A stretch of 64,000 nucleotides of DNA from Pachysolen tannophilus NRRL Y-2460 (Eukaryota): the NCBI GenBank assembly GCA_001661245.1, contig KV454017.1:124001-188000 (forward strand). The letters are read 5' to 3'. A program made the position numbers and the translations under genes. Below are positions 30,730 through 41,625 of this stretch, in pieces. How positions within the stretch are numbered: the first letter of the stretch is position 1; each line of letters starts with the position of its first letter. A model generated the notes under the pieces. The model was not told the DNA's origin. It ran no database searches and was given only the letters and a program-made list of their open reading frames with translations.

Positions 30730-33700
30730 ATGTCAGAATTGCATAAAAAAATCCCTTCACATTTCTTTGGTTTAAATTCAGTGGAAATTGCAGAACCTTC
30801 AAAAGTAAAAGATTTTGTGAAAAGTCATGGAGGGCATTCGGTTATATCTTCCATTTTAATTGCAAATAATGGTATTTCTGCTGTAAAAGAAATTCGTTCT
30901 GTTAGAAAATGGGCGTATGAGACTTTTGGAGATGAAAGAGCTATACAATTTGTTGCAATGGCAACACCTGAAGATTTGGAAGGTAATTCAGAATATATTA
31001 GAATGGCCGATCAATATGTTGAAGTACCAGGTGGTACAAATAACAATAATTATGCAAATGTAGATTTAATTGTTGATATTGCTGAAAGAACAAAAGTAGA
31101 TGCTGTATGGGCAGGTTGGGGTCATGCTTCAGAAAATCCAGATTTACCTGAAAAATTGGCTGCTTCACCGAGAAAAGTCATTTTTATTGGTCCACCAGGT
31201 TCTGCAATGAGATCATTGGGTGATAAAATCTCTTCTACAATTGTTGCCCAACATGCAAATGTACCTTGTATTCCATGGTCTGGTTCAGGTGTTGATCAAG
31301 TACAAATTGATCATGAAACAAAATTAGTTTCTGTTGCACCTGAAATTTATGCTAAAGGTTGTTGTACTTCTGCTAAAGATGGTTTAGAAAAGGCCAAAAA
31401 AATTGGATTCCCAGTAATGATTAAAGCTTCTGAAGGTGGTGGTGGTAAAGGTATAAGAAAAGTAGATAATGAAAAAGATTTTGAAGCTTTATATCATCAA
31501 GCTGCAAATGAAATCCCAGGTTCACCAATTTTTATCATGAAACTTGCAGGAAGTGCAAGACATTTAGAAGTTCAATTATTAGCAGATCAATATGGTACAA
31601 ATATTTCATTATTTGGTAGAGATTGTTCTGTTCAAAGAAGACATCAAAAAATTATTGAAGAAGCTCCAGTAACTATTGCTAAACAAAATTCTTTTAGAGC
31701 TATGGAAAAATCTGCTGTAAGATTAGGTGAATTGGTTGGTTATGTTTCTGCAGGTACCGTTGAATATCTTTATTCTCATGATGAAGATAAATTTTATTTC
31801 TTGGAATTAAATCCAAGATTACAAGTGGAACATCCAACTACTGAAATGGTTACAGGTGTTAATTTACCAGCAGCTCAATTACAAATTGCAATGGGTATTC
31901 CAATGCATAGAATTAGAGACATTAGATTATTTTATGGTGTGGATCCACATACTTCCACAGAAATTGATTTTGAATTTGCATCACCAGAATCTTTAAAAAC
32001 ACAAAGAAGACCTGTTCCAAAAGGACATTGTACTGCATGTCGTATCACTTCTGAAGACCCAGGACAAGGTTTTAAACCTTCTGGTGGTTCCATCCAAGAA
32101 TTAAACTTTAGATCATCTTCAAACGTATGGGGTTATTTCTCAGTCAGTAATAAATCATCTATTCATTCTTTTTCAGATTCTCAATTTGGACATATATTTG
32201 CCTTTGGTGAAAATCGTCAAGCTTCAAGAAAACATATGGTTGTTGCTTTGAAAGAATTATCCATTAGAGGTGATTTTAGAACAACTGTCGAATATTTAAT
32301 TAAACTTTTAGAAACACCTGATTTTGAAGATAATACAATTACTACTGGTTGGTTGGATGAATTAATTTCAAAGAAATTAACTGCAGAAAGACCAGATGAA
32401 ACTATTGCCGTTCTTTGTGGTGCAGTAACAAAAGCACATGTTGCATCTGAAGAAGATAGAAATGAATATATTCATTCATTAGAAAAAGGTCAAGTTCCTG
32501 GAAAAGATTTGTTAAAAAGTATATACCCAATTGAATTCATATATGAGGGTAAAAAATATAAATTTACAGCTGCAAAATCTGCAAATGATAGATATACATT
32601 GTTCATTAATGGTTCTAAATGTGATATTAGTGTAAGATCTTTATCAGATGGTGGATTATTATGTGCATTGGGTGGAAGATCTCACTCTATTTATTGGAAG
32701 GATGAAGTTGCAGCAACAAGATTATCAGTTGATGGTAAGACATGTTTGTTGGAAACAGAAAATGATCCTACCCAATTAAGATCACCATCACCAGGTAAAT
32801 TAATCAAATATTTAGTTGATAATGGTGAACACGTTTCGACAGGTCAACCATTTGCTGAAGTTGAAGTAATGAAGATGTGTATGCCTTTAGTCGCTCAGGA
32901 GGACGGTACTATTCAATTACTTAAGCAACCAGGTTCTACAGTTGCTGCTGGTGATATCTTGGCCATATTATCTCTTGATGACCCTTCAAAAGTTAAACAT
33001 GCCTTACCATTTGATGGCTCACTTCCAGAAATGGGATCACCATCAGTTGAAGGCACAAAACCAATTCATAAATTTAAATCATTGTTATCAGTCTTACATA
33101 ATATCTTGGATGGTTTTGATAATCAAGTTGTTATGAATGCTACTTTAAAAAGCTTAATTGGTGTCTTGAGAGATCCAGCTTTACCATATTCAGAATGGGC
33201 TCAACAAATTTCAGCTTTACATTCAAGATTGCCACCTGATTTGGATGCATCACTTGAAAAATTAGTTGAAAGAACCAGAGCTAGAAATGGTGAGTTCCCA
33301 GCTAGACAAATTTTAAAACTTATTGAAAAAGTCGCTAAAGACCCATCAACAGATTCCTTATTCTCTCAAGTTGTTGAACCATTGGTTGCTATTGCAAATA
33401 GTTATATTAATGGTTTGGAATCTCATGAACATAAAGTTTTCAGTGATTTGTTAAATGAATATTACCGTGTTGAAAGCTTATTCTCAGGTCCAAATGTTAG
33501 AGAAGAAGATGTCATATTAAAATTAAGAGATGAAAATAAATCCGATTTGAACATAGTTATTGCTACAGAATTGTCCCATTCAAGAGTTGGTGCAAAAAAT
33601 AATTTAATATTGGCTATTTTGGATATTTATCAACCAATCTGTCAGTCTTCTGCTGAAGCTTCAAATGCTCTACATACTCCATTAAAGCAAATTGTTGATT

Positions 33701-36700
33701 TGGAATCTAGAGCTACAGCTAAAGTAGCATTGAAGGCAAGAGAAATCTTAATTCAATGTGCTTTACCTTCTATTAAAGAGAGATCTGATCAACTTGAACA
33801 TATTTTGAAATCATCTGTTGTTGAGACTCATTATGGTGAAGGAGCAAATGATCATCACAGATTACCACAATTTGATATTCTTAAAGACGTTATCGATTCC
33901 AAGTACATTGTTTTTGATGTTTTGACACAATTCATTGTTCATACAGATCCTTGGGTTGCTGCTGCCGCAGCTGAAGTTTATATTAGAAGAGCTTACAGAG
34001 CTTATTCTATAAATAAATTAATCCATCACACTACAAAAGGTTTACCAATCGTTGAGTGGAAATTCCAATTGCCATTATTGTCAACAGCTGCTTATAATGC
34101 AGTTCCACAGGCTAAGAGTATCTTTGGTAAAGAAATGAATAGAGCTGTTTCAGTCTCAGATTTAAGTTTCTTAATTAGCGAAAGTGACTCACAACCTTTA
34201 AGAACAGGTATTTTTGTTCCAACTGCACATCTTGATGATGTTGATGAACTGTTGGCTAAAGGATTAGAATATCTTCCAAGACGTTCAAATTCAAATGGTC
34301 CAGCTCCTGATAGATCTAATGGTGATCACTCATCGTCTTCGGATGTTTCCACAAATGTAGCTAATGTTTTCATTGGTAACGTGGATGGCTATGACAGTGA
34401 AAATGAAGTTCTTCAAAAATTACATGAAACATTAAGTGATTTCAAGGCTGATTTGAATGCTTGCTCTATCCGTCGTGTTACTTTCTTTTTCAGTGATAGG
34501 CCTGGTTCTTATCCAAAATATTATACATTCAAAGTACCTAATTTTACTGAAGATGAAGTTATTCGTCATATTGAACCGGCTTTGGCTTATCAATTAGAAT
34601 TGGGAAGGTTATCGAATTTCAATATCAGACCAGTCTTTACCGACAACAGAAATATTCATGTTTATGAAGCCATTGGTAAGAATTCTTCTGGTCTTGATAA
34701 AAGATACTTTATTAGAGGTATTATTAGAACTGGTAAAATCAGAGATGATATCACTACATCCAAATATTTGATTTCAGAAGCTAATAGATTGATGTCTGAT
34801 ATTTTGGATGCATTAGAGGTTCTTGACAACACCAATACTGATTTAAATAACATTTTCATTAATTTTGGTGCAGTTTTCAATGTCACTCCAGAAGATGTAG
34901 AAGCAGCTTTTGGTGGTTTCTTGGAAAGATTTGGTAGAAGGTTATGGAGATTGAGAGTAACTGGTGCTGAAATCAGAATTATGTGTACTGATCCAACTAC
35001 CGGTGTTCCTTTCCCACTTCGTGCTTTGATTAACAACGTTTCTGGTTATGTTGTTAAATCTGAAATGTATATGGAAGTTAAAAACGCTCAAGGTGAATGG
35101 ATATTCAAATCCCTTGGAACTCCAGGAGGTATGCATCTTAGACCTATTTCAACTCCATATCCAACTAAGGAATGGTTACAACCTAAACGTTATAAGGCAC
35201 ATCTTATGGGTACTACTTATGTTTACGATTTCCCAGAATTGTTCCGCCAGGCTACAGTTTCACAATGGAAGAAGCATTCCCCTGATGCCAAGATTCCGGA
35301 TGATGTATTTTCTGCCAATGAATTGATAATTGATGATTCTGGTGAATTAACCGAGGTTTCAAGGGAACCAGGTGCTAACAACGTAGGTATGGTTGCATTT
35401 AAAGTAACTGCCAAGACTCCTGAATATCCTCGTGGTCGTCAATTTATTATTGTTTCTAACGATATCACTTATAAGATCGGTTCATTTGGTCCAAAGGAAG
35501 ATGCTTACTTTAACCAAGCTACAGAATTAGCTAGAAAATTAGGAATTCCAAGAATTTATCTTTCTGCTAACTCAGGTGCAAGAATTGGTATTGCAGAAGA
35601 ATTATTACTCTGTTACAACGTTGCTTGGAATGAAGAAGGTAATCCAAACAAAGGTTTCCGTTACTTATATTTGACTCAAGAAAATCTTACCGAGTTAGAA
35701 AAAGCTGGTAAGAGCGGTTCTGTTATTACAGAAAGAGTTGTTGAAGATGGTGAAGAACGTTTTGTTATTAAATCCATCATTGGAGCCGATGAAGGTCTTG
35801 GTGTTGAATGTTTGAGAGGTTCAGGTTTGATTGCAGGTGCCACTTCAAAAGCATACAAAGATATTTTCACTATTACCTTGGTCACTTGTAGATCTGTCGG
35901 TATAGGTGCATATTTGGTTAGGTTGGGTCAAAGAGCTATTCAAGTTGAAGGACAACCAATCATTTTGACAGGTGCTCCAGCTATCAACAAGTTATTAGGT
36001 AGAGAAGTTTACTCTTCTAATTTACAATTAGGTGGCACTCAAATCATGTACCGTAATGGTGTTTCACATTTAACTGCTTCTGATGATTTGGAAGGTGTTG
36101 AAAAAATTATGGATTGGTTGTCGTACATTCCAGCTAAACGTAATATGCCAGTACCTATCTTAGAATCTCCAGAAGATTCTTGGGATAGAGACATTGATTA
36201 CGCACCAACTAAGAATGAACCTTACGATGTTAGATGGATGATTGAAGGTCGTGAGACTGAATCTGGCTTCGAATATGGTATGTTTGATAAAGACAGTTTC
36301 TGTGAGACTTTGTCTGGTTGGGCTAAAGGTGTTGTTGTTGGTAGAGCACGTCTTGGTGGTATTCCAATGGGTGTTATTGCGGTCGAAACAAGAACAGTTG
36401 AAAACTTGTATCCAGCAGATCCAGCAAACCCTGATTCGATTGAAATGATGATTCAAGAAGCTGGTCAAGTTTGGTATCCAAATTCTGCTTTCAAGACTGC
36501 TCAAGCTATTAATGATTTCAATAATGGTGAACAATTACCATTGATGATCTTGGCCAATTGGAGAGGTTTCTCTGGTGGACAAAGAGATATGTACAATGAA
36601 GTTCTCAAATATGGTTCATTTATTGTTGATGCTTTAGTTGGTTTCAAACAACCTATCGTAACATACATTCCTCCTACTGGTGAATTGAGAGGTGGTTCGT

Positions 36701-37407
36701 GGGTTGTTGTCGATCCAACTATTAATGCTGATATGATGGAAATGTATGCTGACGTTGACTCTAGAGCTGGTGTCTTAGAACCAGAAGGTATGGTTGGTAT
36801 CAAATACAGACGCGATAAATTATTAGCAACTATAGAAAGATTAGATAAACCATATGCTACCTTGAAAGCCAAGTTAGCTGAACCTGGTTTACCTTCAGAA
36901 GAACATTCAGAAATTGCCAAACAATTAGCCGCAAGAGAAAGAGCCTTGTTACCAATCTATGCTCAAATATCAGTTCAATTTGCTGATTTACATGATAGAT
37001 CAGGCCGTATGCTTGCTAAAGGTGTCATCAGAAAAGAATTAGAATGGGTTAATGCTCGTCGTTTCTTCTTCTGGCGTCTCCGTCGTAGATTGAACGAAGA
37101 ATATTTGTTCAAGAGAATTGCAGATGAAGCACCAAACTTGACAAGAAAACAACAATCAGAAAAATTCAAACTGTGGTTACCAATTACTCTCGACACAGAT
37201 AACGATAGAGAATTGTCCAATTGGATTGAAGCTAATCATCAAGAATTGAACACCCGCATCAAAGAATTGAAAAAGGAAACTGTTAAGCAAAACCTTGCAA
37301 ATTTGATTAAGACTGATATAAAATATACCGCTGAAGGTTTAGCAACTATTCTTGAGCTTTTACCTCAAAAGGAAAGAGAGATTTTCATTAACTCGCTTAA
37401 AAAATAG
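30730..37407 (+). CDS. ACC1: Acetyl-CoA carboxylase (cytosolic start MSELHK at 30730; probable N-extended mitochondrial isoform from about 30165)
   Basis: BC domain ILIANNGISAVKEIRS, biotin site EVEVMKM, CT domain ANWRGFSGG. Confidence 0.98.
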   Translation: MSELHKKIPSHFFGLNSVEIAEPSKVKDFVKSHGGHSVISSILIANNGISAVKEIRSVRKWAYETFGDERAIQFVAMATPEDLEGNSEYIRMADQYVEVPGGTNNNNYANVDLIVDIAERTKVDAVWAGWGHASENPDLPEKLAASPRKVIFIGPPGSAMRSLGDKISSTIVAQHANVPCIPWSGSGVDQVQIDHETKLVSVAPEIYAKGCCTSAKDGLEKAKKIGFPVMIKASEGGGGKGIRKVDNEKDFEALYHQAANEIPGSPIFIMKLAGSARHLEVQLLADQYGTNISLFGRDCSVQRRHQKIIEEAPVTIAKQNSFRAMEKSAVRLGELVGYVSAGTVEYLYSHDEDKFYFLELNPRLQVEHPTTEMVTGVNLPAAQLQIAMGIPMHRIRDIRLFYGVDPHTSTEIDFEFASPESLKTQRRPVPKGHCTACRITSEDPGQGFKPSGGSIQELNFRSSSNVWGYFSVSNKSSIHSFSDSQFGHIFAFGENRQASRKHMVVALKELSIRGDFRTTVEYLIKLLETPDFEDNTITTGWLDELISKKLTAERPDETIAVLCGAVTKAHVASEEDRNEYIHSLEKGQVPGKDLLKSIYPIEFIYEGKKYKFTAAKSANDRYTLFINGSKCDISVRSLSDGGLLCALGGRSHSIYWKDEVAATRLSVDGKTCLLETENDPTQLRSPSPGKLIKYLVDNGEHVSTGQPFAEVEVMKMCMPLVAQEDGTIQLLKQPGSTVAAGDILAILSLDDPSKVKHALPFDGSLPEMGSPSVEGTKPIHKFKSLLSVLHNILDGFDNQVVMNATLKSLIGVLRDPALPYSEWAQQISALHSRLPPDLDASLEKLVERTRARNGEFPARQILKLIEKVAKDPSTDSLFSQVVEPLVAIANSYINGLESHEHKVFSDLLNEYYRVESLFSGPNVREEDVILKLRDENKSDLNIVIATELSHSRVGAKNNLILAILDIYQPICQSSAEASNALHTPLKQIVDLESRATAKVALKAREILIQCALPSIKERSDQLEHILKSSVVETHYGEGANDHHRLPQFDILKDVIDSKYIVFDVLTQFIVHTDPWVAAAAAEVYIRRAYRAYSINKLIHHTTKGLPIVEWKFQLPLLSTAAYNAVPQAKSIFGKEMNRAVSVSDLSFLISESDSQPLRTGIFVPTAHLDDVDELLAKGLEYLPRRSNSNGPAPDRSNGDHSSSSDVSTNVANVFIGNVDGYDSENEVLQKLHETLSDFKADLNACSIRRVTFFFSDRPGSYPKYYTFKVPNFTEDEVIRHIEPALAYQLELGRLSNFNIRPVFTDNRNIHVYEAIGKNSSGLDKRYFIRGIIRTGKIRDDITTSKYLISEANRLMSDILDALEVLDNTNTDLNNIFINFGAVFNVTPEDVEAAFGGFLERFGRRLWRLRVTGAEIRIMCTDPTTGVPFPLRALINNVSGYVVKSEMYMEVKNAQGEWIFKSLGTPGGMHLRPISTPYPTKEWLQPKRYKAHLMGTTYVYDFPELFRQATVSQWKKHSPDAKIPDDVFSANELIIDDSGELTEVSREPGANNVGMVAFKVTAKTPEYPRGRQFIIVSNDITYKIGSFGPKEDAYFNQATELARKLGIPRIYLSANSGARIGIAEELLLCYNVAWNEEGNPNKGFRYLYLTQENLTELEKAGKSGSVITERVVEDGEERFVIKSIIGADEGLGVECLRGSGLIAGATSKAYKDIFTITLVTCRSVGIGAYLVRLGQRAIQVEGQPIILTGAPAINKLLGREVYSSNLQLGGTQIMYRNGVSHLTASDDLEGVEKIMDWLSYIPAKRNMPVPILESPEDSWDRDIDYAPTKNEPYDVRWMIEGRETESGFEYGMFDKDSFCETLSGWAKGVVVGRARLGGIPMGVIAVETRTVENLYPADPANPDSIEMMIQEAGQVWYPNSAFKTAQAINDFNNGEQLPLMILANWRGFSGGQRDMYNEVLKYGSFIVDALVGFKQPIVTYIPPTGELRGGSWVVVDPTINADMMEMYADVDSRAGVLEPEGMVGIKYRRDKLLATIERLDKPYATLKAKLAEPGLPSEEHSEIAKQLAARERALLPIYAQISVQFADLHDRSGRMLAKGVIRKELEWVNARRFFFWRLRRRLNEEYLFKRIADEAPNLTRKQQSEKFKLWLPITLDTDNDRELSNWIEANHQELNTRIKELKKETVKQNLANLIKTDIKYTAEGLATILELLPQKEREIFINSLKK

Positions 37408-38009
37408 ATGTTTTTTTTTTTTTTCTTCTTCTTCTTTTTTTTTTATTTTTTTTGTTTCTGCCTAAATTACTAATTTTGATTAATTTTTTTTTTTTTTTTT
37501 TTTGATTTCTATATTTCTATATCTCTATATATATAATGATGGTTTTTATTTTGTCCTGTTTTTGTTTCTTGTTCTTGTGTTTTAGTTTTGATTATTGTAA
37601 ATAAATTTATACGTATTTTTGTATTATTTAATTGGAAATTTTTAAAGTTGTTGAAAAATGCTATATGCGGCAGAAACTTGCATAAAATAATAATCAATAA
37701 GCCGCATCCAACGATAAAGTTCTACACAAAAACCATGAACGATTTGTATGTAGATATTTGGATTCTTGCCAACTTTCTCTTTGTAGTGGCATGGCACTGA
37801 GGAGTAGTTGAAATAAGTTTTTAGTATAAAGACTTATTTCTTTAAGAAGGAAGGATTAAGAAAAAACTAGTTGAAAGTGACTATTACATATGGTTGGATA
37901 TCTTGCTAGATAAAGAAAGAAGAAACAATACCTTAGATATTTTGCTATATTTTTTTTTTTCCTAATCTCATTCAATTTTTAGCTATTTATTTCACAGGTA
38001 GAGGAGATC

Positions 38010-39292
38010 ATGATGTTATCTGGTTTTGGTATCATTTTAGCTTTTTTCTATATTTTTTCAGTTGTCAATGCACAAAAATATTTTGTCAGATTGAAAACTG
38101 CAAAGACGTTAGATACGTTGTTTAAATTTGATGATATAGCCAAGACCAACAATCATTTGAGAGATTGTGTTCAAAAGAAAATATCATTTGGAGATTTTGA
38201 AGGATTTTCAGGAGATTTTACCAAGGATATTATTCAAAAATTAGAAACTAATCCATTAGTAAGTACTTTATAGTTGTTTTTATTAAAAATTTGAAATTTA
38301 AATATACTAACAGTCTTTTCTTTTCTTTTCTTTTTTCTTTTGTTGTTCAGATTGCAGACATTACACCTGATATTATTGTAAAAGCTTTAGATGATGATGC
38401 AGTAGAAATTGAACCTGAAAATTCATCAAAGGAGGCACCAAGGCATTTGGTTAGACTCTCTCAACAGGAGAAAATTCAAGAAGGACAAGCCATGAAGTAC
38501 CATTATGATCCAGAATTTGAAGGACAAAATGTTAACGCATATGTAATCGACACTGGTGTCTTTGTTGAACATCCGGAATTTGAAGGTAGAGCTTCTGTAG
38601 GAGCAGATTTTACTGGTTCTGGTATTGAGGATGTTCAAGGTCATGGTACACATGTTGCTGGTATCATTGGTTCCAAGACTTTTGGTGTTGCAAAACAGAT
38701 TAATATTGTTGCTGTTAAAGTCTTGGATAATTATGGTACTGGTAGTTTATCTTCAGTTATTGAAGGTTTGGAATACGCTGTTAATCATATGAAAAAAAGT
38801 GGACTTCCAGGTGTTGCTAACCTTTCCTTAGGAGCAATAAAAAATTCAGTTTTAAACAATGCCATTAGTGCAGCTTATGGTGAAGGCTTGATTGTTGTTT
38901 GTGCTGCTGGTAACGCAAATATTAACGCTTGCGAAGACTCTCCTGCAAGCTCACCTTTTTCTATTGCCGTCGGAGCCATCGACGATAGATCAGATAACAT
39001 TGCATCTTTCTCCAATTGGGGTGAATGTGTCAACATTTTTGCCAGCGGTGTCTACGTTGAAAGTTTATACAACAGAAACGTTTACAGAACTGTATTGATG
39101 TCTGGAACTTCAATGTCATCACCTTCAGTCGCAGGTCAAGTTGGAATATTACTCAGTCAAGGTATAGATCCAAAGGAAATTGCTGATACTCTTTACGATT
39201 TAAGTACACAAGATGCAATTCCTTCAAGTGCCATCGATGCAAGAGAGGGAACTCCTAATCGATTAGTTTATAATGGTTACGGCTGGGACTAG
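38010..39292 (+). CDS. RRT12: Secreted subtilisin-like S8 protease with I9 propeptide (spore-wall Rrt12/Osw3 type), intron-containing
   Basis: join(38010..38258,38351..39292): GTAAGT 38259, TACTAAC 38325, CAG 38350, phase 0. Triad motifs VIDTG, GHGTHVAG, SGTSMS; APRHLVRLS; signal peptide; synteny with IMG1/BUD23. Confidence 0.85.
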
Positions 39293-39544
39293 ATTATATA
39301 GGTAAATAGAAAACAGCCAGCACTAGTTATTGTTGTTGTCGTCGTCGTTGTTGTCGTCGTTATCTTTTAGCTGAAGTATGTAAAAATTCGTATACATCCT
39401 TACATCTTTAATACCGAAGATGAAGATTGCAGCTTTGACCAAAATATATAATAAATTCTTTAATACTCTTTATTTATTTAATACTTTTAATTTAAAATCG
39501 TCATTTTGAATTCATCAACAAGAAGATTGTCTAGAGACTAGAGA

Positions 39545-40783
39545 ATGTCAGAAGAAGATAAACAGAATAAGAATCCTCATACTTCGTTGTCAGCGATTTC
39601 CAAGCTTTATAGGATTGATCTTTTCAAGCAGCAAAATTTATTAATACCTTCAAATTCGTTACTGGATTATACGGAATTAATCAATCCAAATTCTTATAAT
39701 AAAGAAGACTTTACGCCTTCTAGTAATATTCATGTGTTGATGGGTCAAGGTATCAGGGGGAATGGTGGGTTGGAGCTTTCACAATTAATGGGGAATAAAT
39801 TACCAAATTATGAAGATGTATTAAACAATAAGGCTAACGTTGTGGTTCATCATAAGAAGACCATGTTAGATGGATTATTGTTAAGTAGTGGTATAGATAT
39901 CCCACTTCTGAAGAATTTTAACGATATAAGTAGTAAGTTATTACAGTTGCCAATTGAAAAACTCAACGTTAATAATGGGAAGCAAGAAAGATCTATAAAT
40001 GGGTTACCATATTATAGTGAAGCTGAAGCAAAATTTAGATTAAAAGAGCTAGTGAAGGAGAATAAGTTATATCAGTTGGAATATACTCATGGTGCTGTGA
40101 TACTGAATCAATTTTCAAATAATAAGAGAAAGATAAGAAACTACCAGTGGGGGCTTTATTTCAATGATAGAATGGGGAATAGTAAGTTTAATAACATGAA
40201 ACTGGCTATCAGGCGTAATATTAATGAGAATGCGAAAATAGTTGAAGAAGAGCAAACAGATGGAAACGTATCTCTGCCGCAACAATTCCCCAGTGTAGTA
40301 CTGCCAACTGCAACAGTTGGCGCGTCGACATCGTCAAATCAGGATGTTCAGCTGAAATTACAAGAACAACTTCAAGAGCAAATTCAAAGATCAATACTGC
40401 AAGAAGAGGAAAGATCTGGCAAAGCTGTTACTGGCAATAATAGCAATAGTTCGGAAAAGGATAGAGAGGTTGAAGAACGTGAAAAGGCGAAATTAGAAAG
40501 ACAAAATACTCTCAAGAGAAAGCAAGAGGAAAATGAGATTTCTCAAGACGCTAAAAAGAGGAAACGATTCATATACACTAATCAAGAATATATCGAACAG
40601 CTAAGAAAGGATTCGATAGTAATTCAAGAAGAAGTAGTAACACCGAATATTCATTATATCCCATCCATGCAAACAAACCAACCACATGAGATTATTAAAC
40701 TTGTGAAGAAGAGAAGAAGACCGAATCCAAACAGTATTGGTCATTCAAATATTAGAGGAGTTAAACCTACTTATTATAGATAA
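39545..40783 (+). CDS. Uncharacterised probably nuclear protein (weakly reminiscent of fungal SWI/SNF Snf6-like proteins)
   Basis: 412-codon ORF with globular-looking N-half, charged coiled region and NLS-like KKRKR and KKRRRP; family assignment unverified. Confidence 0.7.
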   Translation: MSEEDKQNKNPHTSLSAISKLYRIDLFKQQNLLIPSNSLLDYTELINPNSYNKEDFTPSSNIHVLMGQGIRGNGGLELSQLMGNKLPNYEDVLNNKANVVVHHKKTMLDGLLLSSGIDIPLLKNFNDISSKLLQLPIEKLNVNNGKQERSINGLPYYSEAEAKFRLKELVKENKLYQLEYTHGAVILNQFSNNKRKIRNYQWGLYFNDRMGNSKFNNMKLAIRRNINENAKIVEEEQTDGNVSLPQQFPSVVLPTATVGASTSSNQDVQLKLQEQLQEQIQRSILQEEERSGKAVTGNNSNSSEKDREVEEREKAKLERQNTLKRKQEENEISQDAKKRKRFIYTNQEYIEQLRKDSIVIQEEVVTPNIHYIPSMQTNQPHEIIKLVKKRRRPNPNSIGHSNIRGVKPTYYR

Positions 40784-40887
40784 ATTTATATATATATTAT
40801 GTTAGATACAAGTAATATAACTATATTTTTAATGGTAAAGTCAACAGAGTTTTTTTGTTTCATAAAAGCAAAAAAAAAAAAAAAAAG

Positions 40888-41550
40888 NNNNNNNNNNNNN
40901 NNNNNNNNNNNNNNNNNNNNNNNNNNNNNNNNNNNNNNNNNNNNNNNNNNNNNNNNNNNNNNNNNNNNNNNNNNNNNNNNNNNNNNNNNNNNNNNNNNNN
41001 NNNNNNNNNNNNNNNNNNNNNNNNNNNNNNNNNNNNNNNNNNNNNNNNNNNNNNNNNNNNNNNNNNNNNNNNNNNNNNNNNNNNNNNNNNNNNNNNNNNN
41101 NNNNNNNNNNNNNNNNNNNNNNNNNNNNNNNNNNNNNNNNNNNNNNNNNNNNNNNNNNNNNNNNNNNNNNNNNNNNNNNNNNNNNNNNNNNNNNNNNNNN
41201 NNNNNNNNNNNNNNNNNNNNNNNNNNNNNNNNNNNNNNNNNNNNNNNNNNNNNNNNNNNNNNNNNNNNNNNNNNNNNNNNNNNNNNNNNNNNNNNNNNNN
41301 NNNNCGAATATTCATTATATCCCATCCAATGCAAACAAACCAACCACATGAGATTATTTAAACTTGTGAAGAAGAGAAGAAGACCGAATCCAAACAGTAT
41401 TGGTCATTCAAATATTAGAGGAGTTAAACCTACTTATTATAGATAAATTTATATATATATTATGTTAGATACAAGTAATATAACTATATTTTTAATGGTA
41501 AAGTCAACAGAGTTTTTTTGTTTCAATAAAAGCAAAAAAAAAAAAAAAGA
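40888..41550. other. Assembly gap (N 40888-41304) followed by redundant copy of 40644-40887
   Basis: 41305-41550 duplicates the pre-gap sequence with single-base insertions. Confidence 0.9.
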
Positions 41551-41625
41551 AACTATTCAAATGTCCAATCAGCTTATTGAATAAAGCATTAAAAAAGTCA
41601 TTTTGGAATATATTGTTTGTTAAAG

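Noticed and set aside
40786..41550. ORFs spanning the N run and duplicated 3' end of the 39545 gene
   Set aside because: Gap artefacts
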